A program made the position numbers and the translations under genes. DNA of 64,000 nucleotides from Acidobacteriota bacterium (GTDB lineage Bacteria > Acidobacteriota > UBA6911): the NCBI GenBank assembly GCA_963664705.1, contig OY761556.1, positions 5,760,001 through 5,824,000 on the forward strand, given 5' to 3'. How positions within the stretch are numbered: position 1 is the first letter of the stretch; every line of letters begins with the position of its first letter. This document shows positions 1 to 9,866 of the stretch, in pieces. The notes beneath the pieces are model-generated. The model saw only the letters and a program-made list of their open reading frames with translations. It was not told where the DNA came from and did no database searches.

Positions 1-458
1 GGCAAGGTATCCCCATTCCCCAGTCGACCCTCGCATCGAACTTCGCATCAATCGATGCACTCGTTGGCGACTGCAAAGCGGCCCGCAAAGGGTGGCCAAA
101 CTTGGGTCCGTGTCCGGATGCGATGGCTTTGCGGATTGCTCAGGAAAAGGCGGCAAAGAATCCACCCCAGAATCCAGAAACGTCGGAATTGCTCTACGAT
201 CGAGGCTTCGCAGCCCTGACGACAGGCAATGCAACGGCGGCGGCGGTCGAGTTCCAGAAGATTGTTGATCATAAGGGCCGGAACTGGGGACCGTACTACT
301 CGCCTGCCTATCTGGGCTTGGCTCGTGCCCAAACAATGGCGGGCGACACCGTCAAAGCCAAGCGCGCCTACGAGGACTTCCTCGTCCTGTGGAAAGACGC
401 CGACAAAGATCTTCCATTTTACATCCAGGCCACCACGGAATTAGCGGAGCTGCACTAG
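1..458 (+). CDS. C-terminal TPR region of a Ser/Thr kinase-type or TPR protein (5' partial)
   Basis: Frame open from position 3 to TAG at 458; AAVEFQKIVDHKG...AYLGLARA...AYEDFLVLWKDADKDLP is the typical C-terminus of acidobacterial kinase-TPR proteins. Confidence 0.8.
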   Translation, partial: QGIPIPQSTLASNFASIDALVGDCKAARKGWPNLGPCPDAMALRIAQEKAAKNPPQNPETSELLYDRGFAALTTGNATAAAVEFQKIVDHKGRNWGPYYSPAYLGLARAQTMAGDTVKAKRAYEDFLVLWKDADKDLPFYIQATTELAELH

Positions 459-801
459 GTTTCCGATTGTTCTTTACTGAGCCGCTAAGCGCAGAGACCC
501 ATATCCCGCAGAGATGAACTGTGTATTCCGCGATCGAATCCGGCATTACTAATCCCTGCATTGTCGATCTGGATGATTGGATTAGGCACGGCACGCTCCC
601 GCCAGTCAACCTTGTACCTCCTCGCGGCTGACGACACCCTTGTCGCTTCAAGAACGCTATCTAGACCATGCTGCCTACGTTTCCCTTGATACCTAGGCCG
701 CGCATGAACTCCAAGCCGAGCGACTGCTGCTGGAAATGGACGTACAGGCATATATCGCGGCAGCCATGCTGGCTAGCGTTCCGTAATGCGGAATTTGCTT
801 T

Positions 802-1140
802 GTTACCCCTTAGATGGTTCTCTATGGCCACTTCATTCAGGGCGGCATAAGCTTTATGCCCGCACCGAGAACAGGAAATTTGTGGTTTTGCGCAGATACC
901 AGCAACCCATTCGTTAAGGCATACGGGAGTGTATCCAGATATAGCTTTCTTTCTGTTCTCCCACCGTTTTGCATATACATCGTCCCGACCTTTGAAAAGA
1001 GTCACGTACAATCTGATTTTTTCAGACGCGTCCGAAGTATTGACAGTATTTGAATCGGAAAGCTTGCCGGTTCTTTCATCGGCAGTAATAATGTTGTGTT
1101 GCTCCGGTTCTGATTCCGGTGACTTGGAAATTACCTCCAG
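802..1140 (-). pseudogene. Truncated N-terminal primase-like (TOTE conflict system/AEP) domain of a primase-helicase
   Basis: EKIRLYVTLFKGRDDVYAKRWEN...SGYTPVCLNEW..GICAKP..SCSRC...IENHLRG; recognisable similarity stops after HLRG and no helicase follows. Confidence 0.65.
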
Positions 1141-1260
1141 GACGAAAACATAACCGTGCAAAACATAGCTCAGTATCAAGAAAAACAGAAACCTGCTTTG
1201 TCCTGCAATCCTAACAGTTCCGATGGCGACTCTGGATTCAGACGAACTCTCTGCTTTAGA

Positions 1261-1282
1261 AAAGGTAACACAAAGGTAACAA
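1261..1282. repeat. 11-bp tandem direct repeat AAAGGTAACA(C/A) x2
   Basis: aaaggtaacac aaaggtaacaa seen directly. Confidence 0.6.
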
Positions 1283-1840
1283 CCGCAATAAAAACTCCGG
1301 CAAATGTGGTCGCAGCTCAACGCTATTTTTTTGAAAACTCAGGCACGCGTTAAGCAGCCTTGTTGTATTCACCTCTAAGGCTGATGTTCTTTCCTCAAAC
1401 ACTGCCGGCATCCTCAAACAGTCAGACAGTTAGGATGATGGCCTGTTTCTCAGGTTTGCGTGAGAGCTTCTTCGCGGCTTATCCATACTGCTTAATAGTT
1501 GCGGCCGCCTAAGGGTGGAGAGGGATCCCAACATGCGACTTTTGTTTGGACTGACGCCCCCTGTCCAAACGGAATTGCGTGTCTCTTCATCCCGATACCC
1601 TGTACATGGTGACATGTATTGGGGCAAAATGGGTGTCTGCTTTCGGGATGGAAGGAACTACCTGTACATTGGTTTGGAGATGGGAGATAGGAATTCTGAA
1701 TACCCCTATAGTGCAACGCAGATTAGCTGCCTGCGGAAAATTCGAGCGGCGAGGTAAACGGCTCAATGCAGTCTGATCTGCGGCAGTATAGGGACAGCGG
1801 CGCAGCAACTTGCGCCTTGAATAAATATAAAGGGGGATAG

Positions 1841-3085
1841 ATGACGCGCAATTGCACACTAAGGTTGGCGACGCTGGCGGCGATTGTTATGCTGGGGGCC
1901 AGCATGACGGCCAGTGCCGAATGGGTCGCGACTTGGACCGCTTCACCGCATGCACCGCTGAGCACCGAGGGTGCCTTCGGGGCAGCTTCCTACGACAACG
2001 TCACGCTCAGCCAGATCCTGCGCGTCAGCGAAGGTGGCGAACGATTGCGTGTGCGCTTTACGAACCGCTACGGTCCTGCGCCGCTGATCATCGGCGCGGC
2101 ACGCGTGGTGCGCATCGACGATGCGGGCGAGGAAATCCCCCGCACTTCGCGCGGGCTGACCTTCGGCGGCGATGCCGCCGCCGTGATCCCGCGTGGTGCG
2201 CCGTTTGCCAGCGACACCGTGCAGCTTGCGGTGCCGGACCTGTCGCGCCTGAAGGTGGAGTTCTATCTGCCCAAGCCCACCGGCCCGTGTACCTGCCATC
2301 TCACGGGCGTCGATGAACTCGCGGTTTCGCCGCCGGGCAACTATGTCGGCAAGGCATTCACGCCTGCTTCGAAGGCGCAGTTCCGCGCATTCCTCAGTGT
2401 GGTTGAGATCGATTCGCCCCGGGCGCTGGGCACTATCGTGGCCTTCGGCGATTCGATTACCGATGGGGTGGGATCTACGGCTGGCGCCAACCGCCGCTGG
2501 CCGGACATCCTCGCCAACCGTCTGCAGGCCGCCGGCCGGCACTGGGCGGTGGCCAATGCGGCGATTAGCGGCAACCGGATACTCAGTCCCGGCATGGGCG
2601 AATCCGCGCTGGCTCGCTTCGACGAAGACGTGCTGAGCCTTCCCAACGTGAAGTACATCATCGTCTTCGAAGGCGTCAATGATATAGGCAACCGCTTCGG
2701 ACAGCGCGGTCCCAATCAGCCCAACATCCCCGGACTCGACCAGCCCGAGATCACCGTTGAGCAAATGATCGCTGGGTACCGGCAACTCATCGCCCGTGCG
2801 CATGACAAGGGCATTAAGGTGATCGGCTCGCCTATCGGGCCATACAAGGGCGCGTCCTACTGGTCCGAGGAAGGCGAGGCTGCGCGCCAGAAGATCAACG
2901 ACTGGATCCTGAAGGGCGGGGCATTCGACGGCACGGTGCGGCTCGACACGGCTTTCGCCGATCCATCCAATCCACTGCAGATGCGCGAGGGCTATCACAT
3001 GGGTGACCATCTGCACGGCAGCGATGCCGGGCTAAAGGCGGTCGGCGATTTCATCGACCTGTCGTTGTTCGGTGGCAGGAAATAG
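1841..3085 (+). CDS. Secreted SGNH/GDSL hydrolase
   Basis: Signal peptide, WVATW N-terminus, block I FGDSITDG, block III EGVNDIG, block V GDHLH; visibly more GC-rich than its flanks. Confidence 0.9.
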   Translation: MTRNCTLRLATLAAIVMLGASMTASAEWVATWTASPHAPLSTEGAFGAASYDNVTLSQILRVSEGGERLRVRFTNRYGPAPLIIGAARVVRIDDAGEEIPRTSRGLTFGGDAAAVIPRGAPFASDTVQLAVPDLSRLKVEFYLPKPTGPCTCHLTGVDELAVSPPGNYVGKAFTPASKAQFRAFLSVVEIDSPRALGTIVAFGDSITDGVGSTAGANRRWPDILANRLQAAGRHWAVANAAISGNRILSPGMGESALARFDEDVLSLPNVKYIIVFEGVNDIGNRFGQRGPNQPNIPGLDQPEITVEQMIAGYRQLIARAHDKGIKVIGSPIGPYKGASYWSEEGEAARQKINDWILKGGAFDGTVRLDTAFADPSNPLQMREGYHMGDHLHGSDAGLKAVGDFIDLSLFGGRK

Positions 3086-3180
3086 CACGAGAGCTGTCCC
3101 GGCCACGGGTTGTGTGTAGCCAAAACTCCGTGAGACAGCAAAATCAGACAGTTAACGAGGGTTCCTGAATTGCCCGTTGT

Positions 3181-3300
3181 AAACTCTGGGCTACCTTTTT
3201 TCAAAATCACCGGGAAGTCATCGCGGCCATGGACTTCTTCACCGTGCCAACCCTCGCGTTCCGAGTCTTGTACTGGTTCTTTGTTATCGAACATGCGCCG
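3181..3300 (+). mobile_element. Fragment of an rve/integrase-core transposase
   Basis: Translates KLWATFFQNHREVIAAMDFFTVPTLAFRVLYWFFVIEH, the start of the DDE core; no start codon or continuation. Confidence 0.75.
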
Positions 3301-3678
3301 CCTCCGCTGACTGATTATTGCCCTGTTCGCACTAATCAGTCTTACTTCTAATGAACAATCAACGCCTTACCCGAGGAGGCAGTATCGGGAACTCTTCCGA
3401 AGCGAAGGTCCTGTGTGAGCGACTGCCGAACGGAATTTTCATGGTGTGCCAGTTTTTTGAACTCATTCCGGCTTTGGTTAGTGGCGAAGGCATTTTATCT
3501 TTTTTGTTGTGGGGTTGGTTCAAGACGTGTAAAAACCGAGGAGGCGGGTGCCCGTTAAACGAATCGCTTCAACAGGTAAGAGGTCTTAGCCCGGATCACT
3601 ATCGGGAACAGCCCTTGGCGCAAGCAATCGGTTATGGGGATAACCGTGGTAGTGTATAAAATCTTTGGAAAATTTCTT

Positions 3679-4395
3679 ATGAGGTACTTTTCAATGTTAA
3701 AAATCTCCATGTTCACATTTTTGATCCCCGCAATATTCCTCATGGCTGTAGCGACCACGCTTCGGGCCGCGGATTCATCTCCACTCAGGGTCCTGTTTAT
3801 CGGCAACAGTCACACTATGGTCAACGATGTGCCCGAACTGTTTGCCCGGCTTGCAAAGCAGTCCGGCATTCAGGTCGAGAAACAAATGATAGCTGAAGGA
3901 GGTAAAACACTCGAATATCATGCCGGAACCGAGGTCGTAAAGGAGCACATTCTGCAGGGCAAGTATGACTGGATTGTGCTTCAGCACTGGGCTCATCCGT
4001 TCACCGAGGCTTATGCCAAGAGTATGGAAAATGGCAGCAGACAGCTCTTCGAAATGATAAAGCAGACAAGATCCAAGGTGGTCTTTTACAAGCCGTGGCC
4101 CAGGAAATCAACCGCGCCCGGCGAGTACCCGCTTATGTCTGCAACATATGCGCAACTGGCAAAGCAATACAATGCGGTTGTTGCCAATGTCGGGGACGTG
4201 TTCGAAAAGTACAGGGCATTGTATCCGGGCGAGATGATGTATGCCAATGACGGTGAGCACGCTTCCATGCTTACCTCAAATATCGCGGCCTATGTGATCC
4301 TGCGGACCATCACGGGAAACAAACCCATCTGCGTCACAGCAGAAGAAAAGAAGATTGAGGCCGCCTGTGATGCCTTCCTTTCCGATACAAAATAG
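3679..4395 (+). CDS. Secreted SGNH-like hydrolase (DUF4886-like)
   Basis: Signal peptide, RVLFIGNSHT, YDWIVLQ, DGEH; start codon uncertain (3634/3679/3694). Confidence 0.8.
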   Translation: MRYFSMLKISMFTFLIPAIFLMAVATTLRAADSSPLRVLFIGNSHTMVNDVPELFARLAKQSGIQVEKQMIAEGGKTLEYHAGTEVVKEHILQGKYDWIVLQHWAHPFTEAYAKSMENGSRQLFEMIKQTRSKVVFYKPWPRKSTAPGEYPLMSATYAQLAKQYNAVVANVGDVFEKYRALYPGEMMYANDGEHASMLTSNIAAYVILRTITGNKPICVTAEEKKIEAACDAFLSDTK

Positions 4396-4481
4396 GAAAG
4401 AGACGCAGGGGAAGTAGTGGCCAACCGGGTCAACTGTCGGAAACAGCCCTTCCCAAAAGTAATCTGTTTTACAAACCCCAT

Positions 4482-4706
4482 TTGACGGTTAACCCGCTTG
4501 GTATTTATGTCACGGGGAATGGCGTGAGAGTCCCTGGCGTGAAAGCCCCCGTGACACTTTGCATAGGGCCGATTATGGCAACGGACGGGACCGCGAAGTG
4601 TTTGTATCAGGCACTCCCCGCTTCGGGGAAGCTGAAGATTGAGATGCAGGATGGATCTATTCAAGAGATAGACTTGAAAAACGTGAAGCAGATGACGGTT
4701 GAGTGA
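4482..4706 (+). CDS. Hypothetical protein or C-terminal gene fragment
   Basis: 74-aa ORF with protein-like composition, TTG start, no family recognised. Confidence 0.3.
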   Translation: MTVNPLGIYVTGNGVRVPGVKAPVTLCIGPIMATDGTAKCLYQALPASGKLKIEMQDGSIQEIDLKNVKQMTVE

Positions 4707-4798
4707 TGGAGGTGGGACTCCCATGGATACTGCTTGCATTTCAGTGAAGCCATTCTGCACAATGGAAGAAATAGAGGGCTAAGTTAATCACAACCAAG

Positions 4799-5152
4799 GT
4801 GCAGCTAATGGGTTCACTGAATAGTCCCCCGATCTTATTTGCTACAGTCCTTTCGTCTTGCTTATTAATCCATTTCACCCTGAAGTGGCTGAGATTTCTG
4901 CGGGAAATACGGTTTAGGGCTACTCATGATGTTCCAGCTTTGATTACGGGGCTTTGGAAGCTGGTTGCCAGTTTCTTCGCGATTGGATTGTTGGACGGTT
5001 GGCTTGCATCGTATTTCTACAAGACCTACTACGGAATCCGGGGTGCATATCGTTTGGAAGTGCCGATTCCATGGGTTTGGCTGGTGGGGATATTGACCAT
5101 AGTAATTTTTTACGGGAGAGGGTTGTTAGATACGAAAAGGCTTCAATCCTGA
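4799..5152 (+). CDS. Hypothetical membrane protein (about 3 TM)
   Basis: Three hydrophobic segments in 117 aa. Confidence 0.5.
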   Translation: MQLMGSLNSPPILFATVLSSCLLIHFTLKWLRFLREIRFRATHDVPALITGLWKLVASFFAIGLLDGWLASYFYKTYYGIRGAYRLEVPIPWVWLVGILTIVIFYGRGLLDTKRLQS

Positions 5153-5382
5153 CTAAGTCCAATAAAGATACTCAAAGTCCCCTCTACGCATAATTACCAG
5201 ATTCTCCGCCCGCCTGTCCGCCCTTAGACGCATAGCTAATATCGGGATCTTCCCCGGAACTGCATTCCGCTGAGCTTGAGCAAGCCACTGCTTCAGGGTC
5301 TTGGGGTAGTTGGCTTCAGACCTTTGCTTGCACTCGACACTGCCACCGATAGACCGAACCTCCTGTAAAGAACTGTGAGTGC

Positions 5383-5477
5383 CTAATGGTTAGTACTACT
5401 AATACTTGTCTACCGGAGTTTTCACGATACTCAATGCTTGACAGATTCCAAATGCCTGATATATTTAGCCCTTCTAA
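5383..5477 (+). promoter_or_regulatory. marR promoter with TTAG-N5-CTAA operator boxes
   Basis: TTGACA 5438-5443, TG-n-TATATT 5457-5465; palindromes TTAGtactaCTAA 5390-5402 and TTAGcccttCTAA 5465-5477. Confidence 0.6.
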
Positions 5478-5496
5478 CTATTGTGGAGTTCTCCCA

Positions 5497-5994
5497 ATGT
5501 CATCTTCAGCTCGTGCAATTGCAAGCCAGTTCTGCGATCTCATGCCCGTGATCGAACGTACGGTTTCATCCGAGCTGCGGCGCGGCAGCCAATATGTAAC
5601 GCCGTCTCACCTTCAGTTGTTGACGGCACTGGTTCAAGGGCCCTCCTCTCTGAGCGGACTTTCTGAGGTCATGGCAGTAAGTCTGCCAACAATGTCTAAT
5701 TCGGTGACCACGTTTGTTGAGCGTGGCTGGGTCAAGCGCACACAGTCTGCGGATGACCGCCGCTATATCAAAGTTGAATTAACGGATAAGGGCTTGAAGG
5801 CGCTGGTAGATATTCGTAAGCGAGTCGAACTGCTCTTCACTACCCAGTTCGAACATCTGCCGCCAGCAAAACGAGACGAACTCAAGGTCGCGTTTAAGAT
5901 ACTCCAGGAAACTTTTCAGCCCAAGGTTGGCGAAGCTAACAATGGAAATATCATAAAAAAGAGAGGTTCCCAAAAGCGACCCGGTCTGCGCTAA
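5497..5994 (+). CDS. MarR-family transcriptional regulator
   Basis: SLSGLSEVMAVSLPTMSNSVTTFVERGWVKRTQSADDRRYIKVELTDKG winged helix; GGAG RBS before ATG 5497. Confidence 0.9.
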   Translation: MSSSARAIASQFCDLMPVIERTVSSELRRGSQYVTPSHLQLLTALVQGPSSLSGLSEVMAVSLPTMSNSVTTFVERGWVKRTQSADDRRYIKVELTDKGLKALVDIRKRVELLFTTQFEHLPPAKRDELKVAFKILQETFQPKVGEANNGNIIKKRGSQKRPGLR

Positions 5995-6207
5995 AGTTTA
6001 CCGGCCTGTCTCACCACGTAGAGAGCCTCAGCTGATCAGCAAAACGGTTCCCGCCCATTCGGAGTTCTTGCATAAGATGTCTCAAGGGACATTCTTCTCC
6101 CAGGTGCAACTCATCATTAAATCTTTCGCGCTCGCTGGAGCGCGTCTTGGCTTCATGCTGAATACGATGGATCTTGAGCAGAGGATTCACACAGAGGATT
6201 CATACGG

Positions 6208-6265
6208 TTGACACATTTAACATATTTTTGTTACAGTTGGCATACCTAATACTTAGCAGATATAA
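6208..6265 (+). promoter_or_regulatory. Promoter of the glycyl radical enzyme gene with tandem MarR-type boxes
   Basis: TTGACA 6208-6213, TG-t-TACAGT 6229-6237; TTGGcatacCTAA 6237-6249 and TTAGcagatATAA 6253-6265. Confidence 0.5.
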
Positions 6266-6475
6266 GTGTGTGCGAGATGCCTGTCGGCATTTTGTTCAGA
6301 AAGGAAAGTGCAGGCGTTCTGGCACTTCTTATGGTCTTTTCAAAACAAGTGCCCATTGAATCCTCAAACGTGGTAATTTGGGAAACAGCATGCCTCTTTT
6401 GTGGGCGATATGAATAATTCGCACAACTATGTGCATACTCGAAAAAGACAATCCGCAAGAAAATGAGGTTTTGTC

Positions 6476-8881
6476 ATGTTTGAACTAAAGCCAATCTCGC
6501 CGCGAGTGCAGAAGCTTCGAAACATTTATCGAGACACCATTCCAACTCTGGACGCAGAACGGGTCAAGATACTCACCGAATGTCTCCCCACAATTCGGAA
6601 TGAAGTGCCGATTATTGGACGTGCTAAAGCGCTCTACGAAATACTGTCCAAAATGACCATAAGGGTTGAACCCGGTGAGCTGCTCATCGGCAACATGGCA
6701 AAAACTTTTCGTGGTTGCTGCCTTTGGCCGGAATATGGCGGATTGGGTTGGCTTATAGAAGAGCTGGATAGTGGGGTATTTGACAAAAAGGGAACCAGAG
6801 ACGGGAAGATGTACCTGGAGGAGGAAGACAGGGAATATGTGCATTCCGTTCAGGATTTCTGGAGAGAGAATTGCCTTGCGACAAAGCTGTCTTCGGTACT
6901 ACCCCAGGAACTGGTCACCCTTGGAAATGCCGGTGTGGGTCTCGATGCTTTTTCAAACGGTGCCATTCCCAGCGGACATTTCAATGCAAATTACCGAAAA
7001 GCCATTGAAAAGGGCTTTGGAGCTATAAAGCGGGAAGCGGTTGAAAAACTCGATGGAATGCGTGGAAAAATTGGCGGTCAGGATGCTGAACAATATTTCT
7101 TTTATAAAGCGATAGTAATCAGCTGCGATTCCGCCATTCTTTATGCAAAGCGCTATGCAGAAAAGTGCCGTGCCTTAGCAGAAGGCATCATGGGCGCGTC
7201 GCGGCGAGCGGAGCTGCTCAAGATGACGGATTCTCTGGATTGGATCATGGAGAATCCCGCTCGAACATACCATGAAGCATTACAGGTGTGCCTGCTGTAT
7301 CAATACATATTATTAATCGAGGGCAACTTTCTAGGCATAACAATAGGCCGGCTTGATCAGCATGTGGGGGATTACTTACGGGCCGACCTTCAGGCAAACC
7401 GCATCAGCACGGATTATGCCCAGGAGCTGATGGACTGCTTTTTTATTAAAACGGCTGATCTTTTTTTCAGCGGCCCGTTAATGATTTCCCGTATTGCCGG
7501 CGCCTATTCCAATAACCTCAGAATAACAATCGGAGGGCGAAAACCTGACGGTAGCGATGCAACGAATGAAGCGACGTTTCTATGCCTGCAATCAGCGGCT
7601 CGTCTGAAGCTTCATGACCCAAACCTCTCATTGGGATTCCACAAGGATTCACCCAATGAGCTCCTGGAGGCAGGGATTGAAACATCCAAGATTGTGTATG
7701 GAATCCCCTGCATTGAAAACACGGATTTGATCATTGACATGCTCCACAAACGAGGACTCGCCATTGAGGATGCCCGCAATTACTGTGTTGTGGGCTGCAT
7801 CGAGTTGTCGGGATCAGGCTGTGAATGGTCCAATGTGAGTTCTCCCTTTTCCAAAGGGTTTCTGAATATCGTTAATGTTCTGATGCAGGCCATCAATAAC
7901 GGGATCAATCCCCAGAATGGGCAACGCGGGGGATTGCAGACCGGCTATCTGTATGCAATGGACAGTTTTGAACAGGTGCAACAAGCCTTTAAAACCCAAC
8001 TGGAATATTTCATGGATTGGCAGTTTTCCCTAAACAACCTAATGGAACATGTCGGGTTTAGGATGATGCCCGTTCCCATCGCTTCGGCCACAATGGATGG
8101 TTGCATGCAAAATGGACGGGATATGTTGCTCGGGGGAGCAAAATACAATTCAACAGGCGTTGCCATCCTTGGAATCGGCACCATTGTTGACTCCCTTGCT
8201 GCTATCAAATACATGATTTATGACAAAAAGCTGTGCACCGCAAGGGAACTCTACGACGCGGTGATGGCAAACTGGGAAGGTCATGAACATCTTCGTTCCC
8301 GCATAATCAATGAAGCTCCCCATTACGGAAACGGAGACGAGTATGCAGACGAACTTGCGACCTGGATGGCTGATCTATACACACACCGCGTAGATTCCTA
8401 TAAAGGTCCCAGAGGCGGGTACCGAGCTGGTATTTATTCTGCAGGAGCCCACCTGTTATATGGCTATCAGACATGGGCAACTCCGGACGGCCGCCGCAAC
8501 GGGCAGCCCATTTCGGATTCTGCGTCGCCTTCACAGGGAGTCGTTAGAAACGGGCCAACGGGCGTTGCGAGGTCGATATTGGCTCTGCATCCTTCTAATT
8601 TCAGCAATGGTCTGCAATTCAATATGAAATTCCACCCATCATCTTTCCAGAGTCAGGAAGGTACTGAAAAGATGAAACAGTTTATCTGGAGCTTTTTTCA
8701 GCAGGGTGGTATGCAGCTGCAATACAACATTGTTGATGCGGATACATTGAGACATGCCAAGGAAAATCCGGATGAGCATCGGGATTTAGTAGTCAGGGTC
8801 GCGGGTTTTTCAGCATATTTTGTTGAGCTGTACGAAGATCTGCAAAATGAAATCATAACCAGAAGTGAAGTGAGCCTATAG
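6476..8881 (+). CDS. Glycyl radical enzyme (PFL2/dehydratase-lyase-like), substrate unknown
   Basis: 801 aa; Cys loop VVGCIELSG (single Cys, GCxE type, not the CC of PFL); Gly-radical loop LVVRVAGFSAYF; ATPDGRRNG. Confidence 0.93.
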   Translation: MFELKPISPRVQKLRNIYRDTIPTLDAERVKILTECLPTIRNEVPIIGRAKALYEILSKMTIRVEPGELLIGNMAKTFRGCCLWPEYGGLGWLIEELDSGVFDKKGTRDGKMYLEEEDREYVHSVQDFWRENCLATKLSSVLPQELVTLGNAGVGLDAFSNGAIPSGHFNANYRKAIEKGFGAIKREAVEKLDGMRGKIGGQDAEQYFFYKAIVISCDSAILYAKRYAEKCRALAEGIMGASRRAELLKMTDSLDWIMENPARTYHEALQVCLLYQYILLIEGNFLGITIGRLDQHVGDYLRADLQANRISTDYAQELMDCFFIKTADLFFSGPLMISRIAGAYSNNLRITIGGRKPDGSDATNEATFLCLQSAARLKLHDPNLSLGFHKDSPNELLEAGIETSKIVYGIPCIENTDLIIDMLHKRGLAIEDARNYCVVGCIELSGSGCEWSNVSSPFSKGFLNIVNVLMQAINNGINPQNGQRGGLQTGYLYAMDSFEQVQQAFKTQLEYFMDWQFSLNNLMEHVGFRMMPVPIASATMDGCMQNGRDMLLGGAKYNSTGVAILGIGTIVDSLAAIKYMIYDKKLCTARELYDAVMANWEGHEHLRSRIINEAPHYGNGDEYADELATWMADLYTHRVDSYKGPRGGYRAGIYSAGAHLLYGYQTWATPDGRRNGQPISDSASPSQGVVRNGPTGVARSILALHPSNFSNGLQFNMKFHPSSFQSQEGTEKMKQFIWSFFQQGGMQLQYNIVDADTLRHAKENPDEHRDLVVRVAGFSAYFVELYEDLQNEIITRSEVSL

Positions 8882-9078
8882 TTGGACGCTTAACAAATAA
8901 ACTTCGAAAAAGGGAATGCGCGTTTTCGGCGCTGAACCTGCTGGCGAGACCTCCCAAAGTCGCTGCGGAGTTTTCGGCTGACGGTCAGGTTGGATGAACG
9001 CTGCCCAATCCGTTCCTTCCCATTATGGTGATATGAGAGCTTTTGTAATTACTCAGAAATACATCGAAAGAGGTGCCC

Positions 9079-9852
9079 ATGGCTGGAGAGAGGAGTACTC
9101 CAAAAGACAATAACGAGAAGAAGAAATTTTCACGACGTCATTTCGTGGTAGGCGGCGGCACGGCCATTGCCGGCGGAGCCATTGCAGTTCTGGCAACCGC
9201 AACTCCGGCTGCTGCGGCTACGGAAGACAAGGGAACCGTCGCGCTTTCAACCAAATATCTGGTTTATGATTCGAAACACTGTGCCGGCTGTTACGGCTGC
9301 ATGATCGCCTGCTCTATGTCCCATGATGGAGAAGTCAGTTTATCGCTGGCCCGACTTCAGATGCACCGGGCAGTTCTGAATGAATATCCTACGGACATTA
9401 CCATGCACGTGTGCAAGCAATGTCCCGATCCATCCTGCGTGAAATATTGCCCGACAGGCGCCTGTCACGTCAGCGCCGAAAACGGCGACATCCGAATGAT
9501 CGATGCCGAAAAATGCGTTGGCTGCCAGACTTGCATCAGAATGTGCCCGCAGACTCCTCATCGCACCGTTTGGAATCCCAAGACAAACAAATCGACGAAG
9601 TGCGATCTATGCACCAATACACCATATTTCAACAAGAAGGGTGGTGTTACGGGAACTCAGGCTTGCATCGAGGCCTGCCCCAAACAAGTTCTAAAAGTAG
9701 TAGACAAGCTTCCGTTGGAAACTGGTGGCTACGAAGTGAATCTGGCGCCCGCTCCCAAACCTAAGATGGGCGGCTTCGGTGCTCCTCGAGCCGGTGGCCC
9801 TGGAGCTAAATCTGCAACCCCACAACAGGTACCGACAGAGCCCAAACATTAG
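9079..9852 (+). CDS. Tat-signal 4Fe-4S dicluster protein (YdhY/DmsB-like)
   Basis: SRRHFV twin-arginine motif plus hydrophobic stretch; CAGCYGCMIAC, CKQCPDPSCVKYCP, CVGCQTCIRMCP, KCDLC...CIEACP. Confidence 0.9.
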   Translation: MAGERSTPKDNNEKKKFSRRHFVVGGGTAIAGGAIAVLATATPAAAATEDKGTVALSTKYLVYDSKHCAGCYGCMIACSMSHDGEVSLSLARLQMHRAVLNEYPTDITMHVCKQCPDPSCVKYCPTGACHVSAENGDIRMIDAEKCVGCQTCIRMCPQTPHRTVWNPKTNKSTKCDLCTNTPYFNKKGGVTGTQACIEACPKQVLKVVDKLPLETGGYEVNLAPAPKPKMGGFGAPRAGGPGAKSATPQQVPTEPKH

Positions 9853-9866
9853 AGGAGGAGGAGAGT

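Noticed and set aside
460-800. Short ORFs between the TPR gene and the primase relic (also 1515-1757)
   Set aside because: No recognisable family or RBS; possibly decayed genes but unsupported
1943-3016. 357-aa minus-strand ORF
   Set aside because: Antisense shadow of the GC-rich SGNH gene; no motifs
6476-8881. Calling the GRE pflB, cutC, hypD or islA
   Set aside because: No CC pair as in PFL, and class-specific residues cannot be confirmed without alignment
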